Counted from the stretch's first letter, positions 45,069 through 54,722 are shown. The stretch: 64,000 nucleotides of DNA from an uncultured Actinomycetes bacterium (GCA_963786055.1 CAWAXS010000007.1:1163-65162); one strand, 5' to 3'. Made by a program: numbers and translations. Notes: generated from the letters alone by a model not told the origin.

Positions 45069-46874
45069 GTGACCGCCTTGTCGCCGGCCACAGCGCAGTC
45101 TGTGCTGCATCGCCTGGGCCCGACGCTCTGGGAGATACCCGCGTCGGCGTGTCCCGGCATGCGCGTCCCCGCCCGGGTGTTCGCCGACGACGTGCTGCTC
45201 GACGCAATCCGAGGCGACCGGTCGCTGGAGCAGCTGCAGAACGTCGCCATGCTCCCGGGGATCGTCGACGCGGCGCTCGCGATGCCCGACATCCACCAGG
45301 GATACGGCTTCCCGGTCGGCGGAGTCGCCGCGACCGAGCTCCCCGACGGCGTGGTCTCGCCGGGAGGCGTCGGGTACGACATCAACTGCGGCGTGCGGCT
45401 GCTGGCACTGCCACTCGACGCGAGCGAGCTCGGTCGACGCGTCGAGCCGCTCGTCCACGAGATCTCGCGCGCGATCCCGGCCGGGGCAGGCAAGCGCGGC
45501 GCGCTGCACTTCGAGGGAGCCGGTCTCGACCGGCTGCTCGAGGAGGGGCCGGCGCTTCTGGTTCGAGAGCGCGACATCGGCACCGAGGACGATCTCGAGC
45601 GCACGGAGTCCGAGGGCTGCCTCCCTGGCGCCGACCCGGGCGCCATGTCCGAGCGCGCGCGCCTGCGCGGATCGGGGCAGGTCGGGACGATCGGCTCGGG
45701 GAACCACTTCGTCGAGGTGGAGCGCATCGACCACGTGTTCGACGAGGAGACGGCCCGTACGTTCGGGCTGCGCGAGGAGCAGGTGACGGTGCTGATCCAC
45801 TCCGGCTCGCGGGGTCTCGGGCACCAGGTCTGCACCGACTACGTGCGCGCGATGGACGCGGCGATCCAGCGCTTCGGGATCACGCTCCCCGACCGTCAGC
45901 TCGCGTGCGCGCCGCTCTCGTCCCCCGAGGGACGGGCCTATCTCTCCGCGATGGCGGCCGCCGCGAACTTCGCGTTCGCCAACCGCCACGCGATGGCGCA
46001 CCTCGTGCGCCGCTCCGTCGCACACGTGTTGGGCGAGCAGGCAGCTGCGGGCACGCGCCAGGTGTACGACGTGGCGCACAACGTGGCGAAGATCGAGACG
46101 CACCACGGCAGGGAGGTCTGCGTGCACCGAAAGGGCGCCACGCGCGCCTTCCCCGCAGGCTCGCGCGACATCCCGGCGGCGTACCGGAACGTTGGACAGC
46201 CGGTGTTCGTCCCCGGGAGCATGGGCACGGCCAGCTACGTGCTCGCCGGGGAGCCCGGGGCGATGGAGCTCTCGTTCGGGACGGCCTGTCACGGCGCGGG
46301 ACGACGCCTCTCGCGCACCGGCGCCCGGCGCGAGATCGGAGGCGCCGAGCTGCGGCGCCGGCTCGAGGCGGACGGGATCGTCGTTCGCTGCCCGTCGAAC
46401 AAGGGGCTGGCCGAGGAGGCGCCGTTCGCGTACAAGGACGTGGAGCGCGTCGTCGACGTGGTCGAGGCGGCGGGCCTCGCCCGCCGCGTCGCCCGGCTCA
46501 GGCCGCTCGGCGTCGTGAAGGGCCTAGCTGACCGACTCGACGACGTGGTAGACGCGACTGACCGGCTCGGTCGAGAGCAGGCCGTCGACCTCCTGGAGGA
46601 GGCGGCCGGGAACCGGGCCGGCGAGCCATCGCTCGTGGAGCTCGGGGCTCGCCCACGACCCGACGATCACGACCTCGTCCTCGTCGTCCACCGCGGTCGC
46701 CACCTCGACGTCGAGGAGGCCGTGCTCGCCGCGGATGAGTGTCAGGACCTCGAGCTGCTCGAGGATCCGGAGAAGGTCGGCGCGCCGCCCGGGGCGTGCG
46801 TGGAGAAAGAGCAGGCTGCGGGTCATCGGAGCCCTCCGCGTCGTGTGCCAGTGCCCGGAGTGTGGCCCGTCTAG
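45069..46874 (+). CDS. rtcB: RtcB RNA-splicing ligase (literal ORF; conserved RtcB ends at 46523)
   Basis: SD GAAGGAGG lies 5 nt before the GTG at 45069. Motifs: MPDIHQGYG, GYDINCG, GSGNHF, HSGSRGLGH, CHGAGR. The universal C-terminus ...RPLGVVKG ends at 46523. No in-frame stop follows, so the ORF runs 117 codons (351 nt, including the stop) further, antisense to the next gene. Confidence 0.9.
   Translation: MTALSPATAQSVLHRLGPTLWEIPASACPGMRVPARVFADDVLLDAIRGDRSLEQLQNVAMLPGIVDAALAMPDIHQGYGFPVGGVAATELPDGVVSPGGVGYDINCGVRLLALPLDASELGRRVEPLVHEISRAIPAGAGKRGALHFEGAGLDRLLEEGPALLVRERDIGTEDDLERTESEGCLPGADPGAMSERARLRGSGQVGTIGSGNHFVEVERIDHVFDEETARTFGLREEQVTVLIHSGSRGLGHQVCTDYVRAMDAAIQRFGITLPDRQLACAPLSSPEGRAYLSAMAAAANFAFANRHAMAHLVRRSVAHVLGEQAAAGTRQVYDVAHNVAKIETHHGREVCVHRKGATRAFPAGSRDIPAAYRNVGQPVFVPGSMGTASYVLAGEPGAMELSFGTACHGAGRRLSRTGARREIGGAELRRRLEADGIVVRCPSNKGLAEEAPFAYKDVERVVDVVEAAGLARRVARLRPLGVVKGLADRLDDVVDATDRLGREQAVDLLEEAAGNRAGEPSLVELGARPRPDDHDLVLVVHRGRHLDVEEAVLAADECQDLELLEDPEKVGAPPGACVEKEQAAGHRSPPRRVPVPGVWPV
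46524..46826 (-). CDS. ABM/Dabb-like small protein (100 aa), hypothetical
   Basis: SD GGAGGG precedes the ATG. Its size and the pattern DVEVATAVDDEDEVVIVGSWASPELHERW are compatible with an antibiotic-biosynthesis-monooxygenase fold. Confidence 0.55.
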   Translation of the reverse strand: MTRSLLFLHARPGRRADLLRILEQLEVLTLIRGEHGLLDVEVATAVDDEDEVVIVGSWASPELHERWLAGPVPGRLLQEVDGLLSTEPVSRVYHVVESVS

Positions 46875-47017
46875 GGCGTCGCGGCATCGTCGGGATCACG
46901 GATCGGCACGACGGAGAACTACGACCCGGCGGGCCGGGGCGACGATCCGTAGTCCCGTCCACCCCGATCAGTGGTTCCCACGATGGAGCGGGCGCGAATG
47001 CGGCCCACGATCCGGGT

Positions 47018-47665
47018 ATGGGCGCGCTGTTCCACGATCGCGTCGATGCCGGGCGCCGTCTCGCGGCGGCGCTCGAGGGCGCCGACCCAGGGGATGCGGT
47101 CGTCGTCGGCCTCGCGCGCGGTGGCGTCCCGGTCGCGGCCGAGGTCGCGCGACGGCTGTCTCTGCCGCTCGACGCGCTCGCCGTCCGCAAGATCGGCCAC
47201 CCGTGGCAGCCCGAGTACGCGCTCGGAGCCGCCGCACCGGGTGAGGACGGTGTCTTCCTCCGATCGCGCGACGGTCTCGACGAGCCCGAGCTGCGGCACG
47301 CGATCGGGAAGGCGAAGACGAAGGCCGACCTGCTCGATCGAGTGCTCCACGAGCGTCATCCGCCGCTCGAGCTCCGCGGCAGGACCGTGCTGCTGGTCGA
47401 CGACGGGCTCGCGACCGGCGCCACCATGGTGGCCGCCGTCCGCTGGGCGCGCGGGCACGGTGCGGTGCGCGTGCTCGTCGCGGTGCCGGTCGGCGCCGCC
47501 CAGAGCATCCGCGCGCTCCGCGAGGAAGCGGACGAGGTGATCTGCCCGTTCGCGCTCGACGACTTCGGTGCCGTCGGGCTCTGGTACGACGTCTTCACGC
47601 AGGTCGACGACGCCGAGGTGATCGCGATCCTCGAGGAGCTCCGCTTACCCACGCCCGCCCCTTGA
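47018..47665 (+). CDS. Phosphoribosyltransferase-family protein
   Basis: 215 aa from MGALFHDRVDAG within ORF 46739..47665. PRPP-binding loop VLLVDDGLATGATM. Confidence 0.8.
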   Translation: MGALFHDRVDAGRRLAAALEGADPGDAVVVGLARGGVPVAAEVARRLSLPLDALAVRKIGHPWQPEYALGAAAPGEDGVFLRSRDGLDEPELRHAIGKAKTKADLLDRVLHERHPPLELRGRTVLLVDDGLATGATMVAAVRWARGHGAVRVLVAVPVGAAQSIRALREEADEVICPFALDDFGAVGLWYDVFTQVDDAEVIAILEELRLPTPAP

Positions 47666-47680
47666 AGCCCACGGAGCTTC

Positions 47681-47697
47681 AGAACAGCTCGCTCTCG
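47681..47697. repeat. Direct repeat copy 1: AGAACAGCTCGCTCTCG
   Basis: Matches 48469-48485 at 16 of 17 positions. On the minus strand it reads ..SESELF* versus the prs terminus ..GENELF*. Confidence 0.6.
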
Positions 47698-47920
47698 GAA
47701 GGGGGTCTACTGGATCATCGAGGCGCATGAATGCTGGTGTCACATCACGCTCGATGCTCTCAGGTTCTCCCATGTGAGTAGGAAGTTTGGGTAGAACGTC
47801 TCAATTACTCCGCTCGCGGGAGCGTGGTTCCGTAGAAAGCCGCCAAGCACGTGCGCACGGCTCCGGATGACCGCCGATCCGGTACCAGAGATCATGGGTG
47901 GTGCGAGAAAGGAGGTCTCT

Positions 47921-48205
47921 TTGGGCACTGCAATCCATTCGTCAGATGGCGGCTCGACGTGGCGACGCCAGCTCAACGACCCGCAGGTCAGGGTAGGGCT
48001 GGTCACCGGTGCCTGCCTCCTCGTTGAGGCGGTCATTGCCAAGAACGTGCTCGACGTGCAGCTGGACTTCTTCAGCCAGCTCGCGCCGATGTGGATATTC
48101 ATCGTCTACCAGGTGAGCGGCCTTCGTGATCGGACGAGCGAGATCGCCTTCATGATCACGATCGTCCTCGTCACGGCCGCCATTCTCGTCCTGTACGCGG
48201 TCTGA
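47921..48205 (+). CDS. Small hypothetical protein (about 94 aa) with two C-terminal TM segments
   Basis: SD AAAGGAGG lies 5 nt before the TTG at 47921. Third-codon positions are G/C-rich. The N-terminal HSSDGGSTW matches the Asp-box/BNR consensus SxDxGxTW, so it may instead be a gene fragment. Confidence 0.3.
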   Translation: MGTAIHSSDGGSTWRRQLNDPQVRVGLVTGACLLVEAVIAKNVLDVQLDFFSQLAPMWIFIVYQVSGLRDRTSEIAFMITIVLVTAAILVLYAV

Positions 48206-48431
48206 GGCCGGTCTCGCCGAGCAGCCTCGCCTCCAAACCGCTCGGCCTCCTCGCGGAACACCACCCCGGCCAGGTGCAGGTACATCGGGAAGCCGACGAC
48301 GCGCATCTTGCGCACGTGGTGGACGAACGACTTGGGCAGCACGTCACCGAGCACGGACTCGCAGACGGCGGCCGTGAAACGGGCCGACGGAGCCACGCGC
48401 CAGCCCACCCGGGGTAGAAGGATTGGGTAGA

Positions 48432-48463
48432 AAATGGCCCGGAGCCGAGGCTCCAAGCCATTT
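48432..48463 (-). terminator. Intrinsic-terminator-like hairpin 3 nt after the prs stop
   Basis: Minus-strand RNA reads AAAUGGC-uu-GGAGCC-uc-GGCUCC-gg-GCCAUUU, followed by UCUACCC. Confidence 0.55.
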
Positions 48464-48466
48464 CTC

Positions 48467-49466
48467 CTAGAACAGCTCGTTCTCGCCGGCGAAGACGGCC
48501 GACACCGACCTCGACTCGAAGACGGCCCGGATCGTGTCCGCCAGGAGGCCCGCGACGGTGACCACGACAAGGTGCGGTGGGAGCGCTACTCCGTCGAGCG
48601 CGACCGTGTCCGTGACCGCGATCTCGGCGAGCGGGGTCTCGGGCGAGGATGTCCGGCGCGTCGGGGGTGAGGAGCGCGTGGGTCGCGAACGCCCGCACGT
48701 CCTGTGCTCCGGCCTCGAGCAGAGCGGTCGCCGCGGCCGCGAGCGTGCCACCCGAGACGATCATGTCGTCACCGATCACGACGCGCTTGCCGCGCACGTC
48801 GCCGATGACCTCCGCCGCGACCGCCTGCTCGTGCCCCGGTCGCACCTTGGTCACGATCGCGAGGGTTGCGTCGAGCATGCGAGCAAAGCGGCGCGCGGCC
48901 TTGACGCGGCCGAGATCCGGTGACACGACGACGACCTTGTCGCCGCGAAGCCGTCGCCGCGTGTAGTGGCGCGCAAACAGCGGGAGCGCCGTCATGTGGT
49001 CGACGGGAACCGCGAAGAACCCGACGATCTGCCCGGCGTGGAGATCCATCGTCAGCACGCGGTCCGCTCCGGCCGCCTGAAGCGTGTCCGCGAGGAGTCG
49101 CGCGCTGATCGGCTCGCGCGGGGCCGACTTCTTGTCCTGACGCGCGTACGGAAAGAGGGGCATCACGGCCGTGATCCGATGGGCCGAGGCGAGGCGCGCC
49201 GCGTTGATCATCACGAGCAGCTCGACGATGTGGTCATTGACCGGCGGAGAGCCCGACTGGACGACGAAGACGTCCGCGCCGCGGATCGACTCGCCGTAAC
49301 GGCAGTACACCTCGCCGTTCGAGAACGTCTCGAGCCGGACCTCGCCGAGCTCGATGCCGAGCCGGTGTGCGATCTCTGACGCAAGGGCGGCGTTGGACCT
49401 GCCGGCGAACAGCATCAGCTCCGTCGTCGACCGGTGGACGATCCTGTGCGGGCGCCGGCCGGTCAC
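48467..49466 (-). pseudogene. prs: Ribose-phosphate pyrophosphokinase, frame-disrupted near 48640 (probable sequence error)
   Basis: The GTG at 49466 overlaps the upstream stop (GTGA). Motifs: LFAGRSNAALA, FSNGE, VVSPDLGRVKAAR, DDMIVSGGT. The C-terminus ETPLAEIAVTDTV...AGENELF* lies in the frame of ORF 48467..48751. The span of 1000 nt is not a multiple of 3. Confidence 0.9.
48469..48485. repeat. Direct repeat copy 2: AGAACAGCTCGTTCTCG (3' end of prs)
   Basis: See copy 1 at 47681-47697. The two copies are 788 nt apart. Confidence 0.6.
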
Positions 49467-50587
49467 GGCCGCCGCCCGTGAGGCGTCGCCGCCGACTCCG
49501 AGACGACGCGTCCGACGTCGGTGATCGAGAGCAGCCCCGCCAGCTCGCCGTGATCGAGCACGAGCGCGCGGTCTCCTCCCTGCCGCTGCATGTCCTGGAC
49601 GGCCTCCAGCAAGGGCGTCCCCGCCTGGACGACCGGGGCGTCGTCCAGGAGCATCATGCAATCGCGGACACGGTGCTCGTCCCAGCCGGCGCGCGGCGTG
49701 GCGGCCACCCGCGCGAACGGGAGCAGCCCGACGACATGCCCGTCGTCGACGACGGGGTAGGTCGTGTACCGGTGGACGTGCGCGACCTCGTCCATGAAGC
49801 CGCTCAGGGTCTCGTCGGCCGGCACCGTCACCGGCCGGTGCACCATGAGGTCGTCCACGCGCAGATCGCCGAGCGCGCCTCGCAGGACGCCCTCTCGTTG
49901 CTCTGCCGTCGCCGCCTGGAGCAGGAACCAGCCGAGGAACGCGAACCAGATCCCGCCCGCCCCGGCCCCGGCGAAGGTGAGACCGAGGCCGCCCACGATC
50001 ATCACGAATGCGAGCGCCCGGCCCGCACCCGCTCCGACGGTCGTCGCGGCGCGTCGATCGTCCGTCCAGCGCCACACGAGTGCGTGGAGCACGCGGCCCC
50101 CGTCGAGCGGGAGGGCAGGCAGCATGTTGAACCCGAGGAGGACGAGGTTGATGACGGCCAGCCACGTGACGACGCCGTCCGCGGCCTCCGGCAGCCCCAC
50201 CCCGGAAAGAAGCCAGAAGGCGGCGGACAGGACGGCGGTCACGGCCGGCCCTGCCAGTGCGATCCGCAACTCCCCGAGCGCCGAGGGAAAGTCGCCGCGG
50301 AAGGCCGCGACGCCGCCGAACAGCCACAGCGTGATGCCGTCGATCTCCATCCGCTCCCTGCGTGCCTGCATCGCGTGGCCGAGCTCGTGGAGGAGGAGCG
50401 ACGCGAAGAACGTCACCGAGGCGACCACCGCCATGGCGGCGTAGGCCGCGTCCGAGAGGCCGGGGTTCTGATCGGGGAAGATCGCCGCTGTGAGCGTCCA
50501 GGTGATGAGCGCGAAGACGATCAGCCAGCTCCAGTGGACGCTGATGCGAACGCCGGCGATGCGCCCAAGTGTCAGTCCGGGGTTCAC
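49463..50587 (-). CDS. Site-2 protease (M50) family metalloprotease with CBS pair
   Basis: 374 aa from the GTG at 50587 (GTGA overlap). Has HELGH, the second zinc-site region NMLPALPLDGG, and two C-terminal CBS motifs. Confidence 0.85.
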   Translation of the reverse strand: MNPGLTLGRIAGVRISVHWSWLIVFALITWTLTAAIFPDQNPGLSDAAYAAMAVVASVTFFASLLLHELGHAMQARRERMEIDGITLWLFGGVAAFRGDFPSALGELRIALAGPAVTAVLSAAFWLLSGVGLPEAADGVVTWLAVINLVLLGFNMLPALPLDGGRVLHALVWRWTDDRRAATTVGAGAGRALAFVMIVGGLGLTFAGAGAGGIWFAFLGWFLLQAATAEQREGVLRGALGDLRVDDLMVHRPVTVPADETLSGFMDEVAHVHRYTTYPVVDDGHVVGLLPFARVAATPRAGWDEHRVRDCMMLLDDAPVVQAGTPLLEAVQDMQRQGGDRALVLDHGELAGLLSITDVGRVVSESAATPHGRRP

Positions 50588-51294
50588 GTCGGGACGACCG
50601 GGTCGACGGCCACGACCTCGCCACTCCGGGCCGCTCCTGCCGTGCGGTCGCCGAGGTGACCCGCAAGCCACTCGCCGGCCAGTGCCGACACGGCCTCGAG
50701 CGCTCCCGCCTCCGGGAAGAGGTGGGTCGCCCCGCGGACGATCGCGAGCCGTCGCTCGCAGGTGAGGGCGGAGAGCGCCCGCCGGTTGAGCTCGAGCACC
50801 ACGTCGTCGCGGCCTCCCACGATCAGCAGGGTGGGAGACGAGACTCGCGCGAGATGCGGCTCTGCGAGGTCCGGGCGGCCGCCGCGCGACACGACGGCGC
50901 GTACCGACGAGCCGAGCTGCGCGGCCGCCGCGAGGGCCGCCGCTGCCCCGGTGCTGGCCCCGAAGAAGCACGGCTGCAGCCCGTGCGCGGCCGGCTGCTC
51001 CATGAGCCAGTTGGTGGTCTGCAGCAGGCGGTCGCCGAGGAGCTCGACATCGAAGACGTTCGCGCGGTTCTCCTCCTCACCGGGTGTCAGGAGGTCGAAC
51101 AGGAGGGTCGCGATCCCTCGCCGCTGGAGCTCACCGGCGACGAGGCGGTTGCGCGGGCTGAGCCGGCTCGAGCCGCTCCCGTGCGCGAAGACGGTGACGC
51201 CCGTTGCGCCCTCGGGAACCGAGAGATCGCCGACCAGGCCGGGCCCGACGGGGATCCGGAGCTGCAGACGCTCGTCGAGGTTGCGTACGGACAT
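50584..51294 (-). CDS. Dienelactone-hydrolase-like alpha/beta hydrolase
   Basis: 236-aa ORF with the nucleophile motif GASTGAAAAL and GATHLF near the C-terminus. Confidence 0.75.
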   Translation of the reverse strand: MSVRNLDERLQLRIPVGPGLVGDLSVPEGATGVTVFAHGSGSSRLSPRNRLVAGELQRRGIATLLFDLLTPGEEENRANVFDVELLGDRLLQTTNWLMEQPAAHGLQPCFFGASTGAAAALAAAAQLGSSVRAVVSRGGRPDLAEPHLARVSSPTLLIVGGRDDVVLELNRRALSALTCERRLAIVRGATHLFPEAGALEAVSALAGEWLAGHLGDRTAGAARSGEVVAVDPVVPT

Positions 51295-51599
51295 CGACGC
51301 CTCCTACTCGTCCTCAGGATCGTCCTCACGGGCGGCGTCGCATCGGACGATCCGCGCATGCCTGTTCGGGGAAGTACTGAGGCCCACGGAGCGGCACCGG
51401 GGCCTCTCTGCGAATCAGTGGATTCTCGGATGGAGCATGCGCTCGCGTGGGCGACACTGACGTCCGTCGAGCCGGAGCGCGACTCGGTCGAAGCTCCGCC
51501 GGGATTCCCTGGGCGAAGCAAGGTCTCTCGTCGGAGGTGGACGAGAGCGCACACCGGCTCGACGGCTTCCCGACCCTCCCTGTCGCCCGCCGGCTCGGC

Positions 51600-52724
51600 T
51601 CAGGCGGACAGCCGCTCGTCCTCGGCGAGCCCCGCCCTCCGGCGGCGTACGCGCGGGTTGGCGAGCTTGACGATCTCGAGCAGGTACACGACGTAGACCG
51701 AGAACGCGAGCGCGGCGAGCGCGATGAGGACGACGGCGACCGTCTCCCAGAGGTGCCACTGCCCCTCGGCGCGGAAGGGGATGAACCGCGTGGCGAGCGC
51801 GGCCGCGCCGAGGCTCGCGGTCCACGCCCACATCGTCACCGCCGCGCGACGCTGCGAGAAGCCGATGTCCATGAAGCGGTGGTGCAGGTGGGAGCGGTCC
51901 GGTGACGAGATCGGCCGGCGGTACTTCAGCCGCTTGGCCACCACGAACGACGTGTCGAGGATCGGCACCGCGAGCACGAGGAGCGGGAGGACGAGCACCA
52001 CCGTGGAGGCCGTCTTCAGGAGCCCCGCGACCGACACCGTCGCGAGCGTGAACCCGAGCACCAGCGCACCCGAGTCCCCCATGAAGATGCGCGCCGGGAA
52101 GAAGTTGTGGCGGAGGAAGCCGACGCACGCGCCGGCGACCACGGCCGAGAGGACGGCGGCGTCGATCTTCCCGAGCGACAGCGCGAGCGTGGCGAACGTC
52201 AGGCCGGCGATCGCGCAGACGCCCGAGGCGAGCCCGTCCATGCCGTCGAGGAAGTTGACCATGTTCATCACGGCGACGATCCAGATGACCGTGAGCGGCA
52301 TCCCGACCCAGGCCGGGAGGTCGACCACGCCGACGAACGGGAAGGTGAAGTGGTCGATCCAGACGCCGAACGCGCACGGGATTGCCGCGGCGGCGACCTG
52401 GCCTGCGAGCTTCGGCAGCGGATCGAGCCCCCGGAAGTCGTCGACGGCACCCACGACGCAGGCGACCGCTGCGCCCAGCATGATCCCGCGCATCTCGCCC
52501 GAGAGGTCGAGGAACGCGAGGGAGGGCACCAGGATCCCGAGGAAGATCGCCAGCCCGCCGAGGCGCGGGATCGGCCGCTTGTTCAGCCGCCGCTCGTCGG
52601 GCTTGTCGACCACCCCGAGCAGGCGCGCCATCCCCCCGACCGCGGGCGTCAGCACGACGACGACCGCGAAGGCGATCAGTGCGCCCCAGAGGACTTCGGG
52701 GTTCGACCTGAGGTCGTCGAGCAT
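51600..52724 (-). CDS. wecA: Polyprenyl-phosphate N-acetylhexosamine-1-phosphate transferase (GT4 MraY/WecA family)
   Basis: 374-aa, 11-TM-type ORF with motifs AVDDFRGL, NMVNFLDGMDGLA and IFMGDSGAL. Its position relative to the atp genes matches actinobacterial rfe/wecA synteny. Confidence 0.85.
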   Translation of the reverse strand: MLDDLRSNPEVLWGALIAFAVVVVLTPAVGGMARLLGVVDKPDERRLNKRPIPRLGGLAIFLGILVPSLAFLDLSGEMRGIMLGAAVACVVGAVDDFRGLDPLPKLAGQVAAAAIPCAFGVWIDHFTFPFVGVVDLPAWVGMPLTVIWIVAVMNMVNFLDGMDGLASGVCAIAGLTFATLALSLGKIDAAVLSAVVAGACVGFLRHNFFPARIFMGDSGALVLGFTLATVSVAGLLKTASTVVLVLPLLVLAVPILDTSFVVAKRLKYRRPISSPDRSHLHHRFMDIGFSQRRAAVTMWAWTASLGAAALATRFIPFRAEGQWHLWETVAVVLIALAALAFSVYVVYLLEIVKLANPRVRRRRAGLAEDERLSA

Positions 52725-52735
52725 CGGTCGGGGCT

Positions 52736-53410
52736 CTACTTCGTGCCGTACAGGCGATCGCCTGCGTCGCCCAGGCCGGGCACGATGAAGCCCTTCTCGT
52801 TGAGCGCGCGGTCGATCGCCGCGACCACGATCGAGACGTCGGGATGATCCCGGTGGATCCGCTCGATCCCCTCCGGCGCAGCGATCAGCGCGATCAGCCG
52901 GACGGACGTCGCCCCCGCTCCCTTCACCGTCTCGACCGCCGCCGCCGTCGAGTTGCCCGTCGCCAGCATCGGGTCGAGCAGGATCACGTCGCGGTCGGCG
53001 ATGTCGCCCGGGAGCTTGACGAAGTACTCGACGGCCTCGAGGGTCTCCTCGTCGCGGTACAGCCCGATGAACCCGACACGGGCGCCCGGGATGAGCGAGA
53101 GGACGGCATCCAGCATCCCGATGCCGGCGCGCAGGATCGGGCAGATCGCGACCTTCTTCCCCGAGATCCGGCGCGCGGTCGTCTGCTCGAGCGGGGTCTC
53201 GATCTCGATCTCCTCGTCGGCGAGGCCCTTCGTCGCCTCGTACGTCAGGAGCAGCGTCAGCTCGTTGACGAGCTGGCGGAACATCTGCGTCGGCGTGGTG
53301 ACGTCCCGCAGCAGCCCGAGCTTGTGCTGCACGAGCGGATGCAGCACTTCCGTGACGCTGCGCGTCACGGAAGCACTAGGAGTCGGAGACGGCTGCACCA
53401 TTTCGGCCAT
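52736..53410 (-). CDS. upp: Uracil phosphoribosyltransferase
   Basis: [18 protein letters not shown], and PRPP loop [12 protein letters not shown]. The ATG at 53410 (SD GAAAGG) overlaps the glyA 3' end by 35 nt. An alternative GTG lies at 53368. Confidence 0.9.
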   Translation of the reverse strand: MAEMVQPSPTPSASVTRSVTEVLHPLVQHKLGLLRDVTTPTQMFRQLVNELTLLLTYEATKGLADEEIEIETPLEQTTARRISGKKVAICPILRAGIGMLDAVLSLIPGARVGFIGLYRDEETLEAVEYFVKLPGDIADRDVILLDPMLATGNSTAAAVETVKGAGATSVRLIALIAAPEGIERIHRDHPDVSIVVAAIDRALNEKGFIVPGLGDAGDRLYGTK

Positions 53411-54722
53411 GGCCTAGCCTTTCTCGCCTTCGGCGAGAAAGGCTGGTGTAGCCGCGGAAGCCGGGGTAGAGCGGGCGCCGCTCGCAGAGCGCGGCGGTGC
53501 GCGCGCCGAGCGCTGCGAGGTCGGCGTCGGGGCCGAGCGCTTCCACGATGATCTTCCCGACCTCCCGGAAGTCGTCGTCGTCGAAGCCGCGCATCGTCGC
53601 CGCCGGCGTCCCGATCCGGACACCGGACGCGATCGTCGGCGGGCGCTCGTCGAACGGCACCGTGTTCCGGTTCGTCGTGAGGCCGACCACGTCGAGGCGC
53701 TCCTCGGCGTCCTTCCCCGTCCAGTCCGTGTTGCGCAGGTCGAGCTGCAGCAGGTGGGTGTCCGTCCCACCCGCGAGCAGGTCGATCCCGCCGGCGAGCA
53801 GGGTCTCGGCGAGGACGTCGGCGTTCGTGCGCACCTGCTGCTGGTAGGCGCGGAAGCCTTCCGTGGCCGCGATCTTGAAGCACGTCGCCTTCGCGGCGAT
53901 GACGTGCTCGAGCGGGCCGCCCTGCAGGCCGGGGAACACCGCGCGGTCGATGGCCTGGGCGTGCTCGGAGCGACAGAGCACGAGGCCCGCCCGGGGGCCC
54001 GCGAGGGTCTTGTGCGTCGTGGACGTGACCACGTCGCAGTGCTCGACCGGGTTCGGGTGCAGGCCGGCTGCGACGAGCCCGGCGAAGTGGGCCATGTCGC
54101 ACCAGAGCAGCGCGCCGACCTCGTCCGCCACCCGTCGGAACATCGCCGTGTCGACCGTGCGCGGGTACGCGGAGCCCCCGCAGAGGACGAGCTTCGGACG
54201 GTGCTCGCGTGCGAGCGCGAGGACCTCCTCCTCCTCGACGAGCCCTGTCTCGCGCGAGACGCCGTAGTGGACGATCGTGTACAGGCGCCCGGAGAAGTTC
54301 ACCTTGAGCCCGTGGGTCAGGTGGCCCCCGTGGTCGAGACGCAGAGAGAGAACGGTGTCACCCGGCTCGAGCAGCCCGAGGTACACGGCCATGTTCGCCT
54401 GCGCCCCCGCGTGCGGCTGGACGTTGGCGTGCTCCGCGTCGAACAGGGCCTTGGCGCGGTCGATCGCGAGCTGCTCGATCTCGTCCACGAACTCGCAGCC
54501 GCCGTAGTAGCGACGCCCGGGGTAGCCCTCCGCGTACTTGTTCGTCAGCACCGAGCCCACCGCCTCGAGGACGGCGGGCCACGTGAAGTTCTCCGAGGCG
54601 ATCAGCTCGATCTGGCCGCGCTGGCGATCGGCCTCCCGGCCGATCAGCGCCGCGATGTCGGGATCGTGCTCGGCGAGCCCCCCGGTCCGCAGACGCTCGA
54701 GGTGGTCGGCGGCGACTGCCAC
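53376..54722 (-). CDS. glyA: Serine hydroxymethyltransferase
   Basis: 448-aa ORF with the PLP-Lys motif [12 protein letters not shown], plus ELIASENF and YYGGCE. Confidence 0.95.
   Translation of the reverse strand: MAVAADHLERLRTGGLAEHDPDIAALIGREADRQRGQIELIASENFTWPAVLEAVGSVLTNKYAEGYPGRRYYGGCEFVDEIEQLAIDRAKALFDAEHANVQPHAGAQANMAVYLGLLEPGDTVLSLRLDHGGHLTHGLKVNFSGRLYTIVHYGVSRETGLVEEEEVLALAREHRPKLVLCGGSAYPRTVDTAMFRRVADEVGALLWCDMAHFAGLVAAGLHPNPVEHCDVVTSTTHKTLAGPRAGLVLCRSEHAQAIDRAVFPGLQGGPLEHVIAAKATCFKIAATEGFRAYQQQVRTNADVLAETLLAGGIDLLAGGTDTHLLQLDLRNTDWTGKDAEERLDVVGLTTNRNTVPFDERPPTIASGVRIGTPAATMRGFDDDDFREVGKIIVEALGPDADLAALGARTAALCERRPLYPGFRGYTSLSRRRRERLGHGRNGAAVSDS

Larger units (their letters stand above)
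47666..48466. other. Low-G+C ~0.8 kb insert between the PRTase gene and prs
   Basis: Visibly A/T-richer than its flanks (e.g. ggaagtttgggtagaacgtctcaattactc). It is bounded by a 17-nt direct repeat of the prs 3' end and contains only short or fragmentary ORFs. Confidence 0.45.

Noticed and set aside
47740-48570. Minus-strand ORFs in the low-GC insert (47740..48102, 48106..48570) as real genes
   Set aside because: Where they overlap the plus-strand ORF they use rare AGG/AGA/CGA codons. The 5' part of 48106..48570 is antisense to prs. Only the middle stretch (about 48206-48400) looks coding, so I note it as a possible gene fragment and do not call it.
51295-51599. 305-nt gap between wecA and the DLH-hydrolase gene, as a possible sRNA or small gene
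   Set aside because: Only weak 7-bp hairpins are present (TCTCGTC..GACGAGA, GAGGCCC..GGGCCTC). There is no convincing ORF, promoter or terminator pair. It is probably just the promoter region of the downstream operon.
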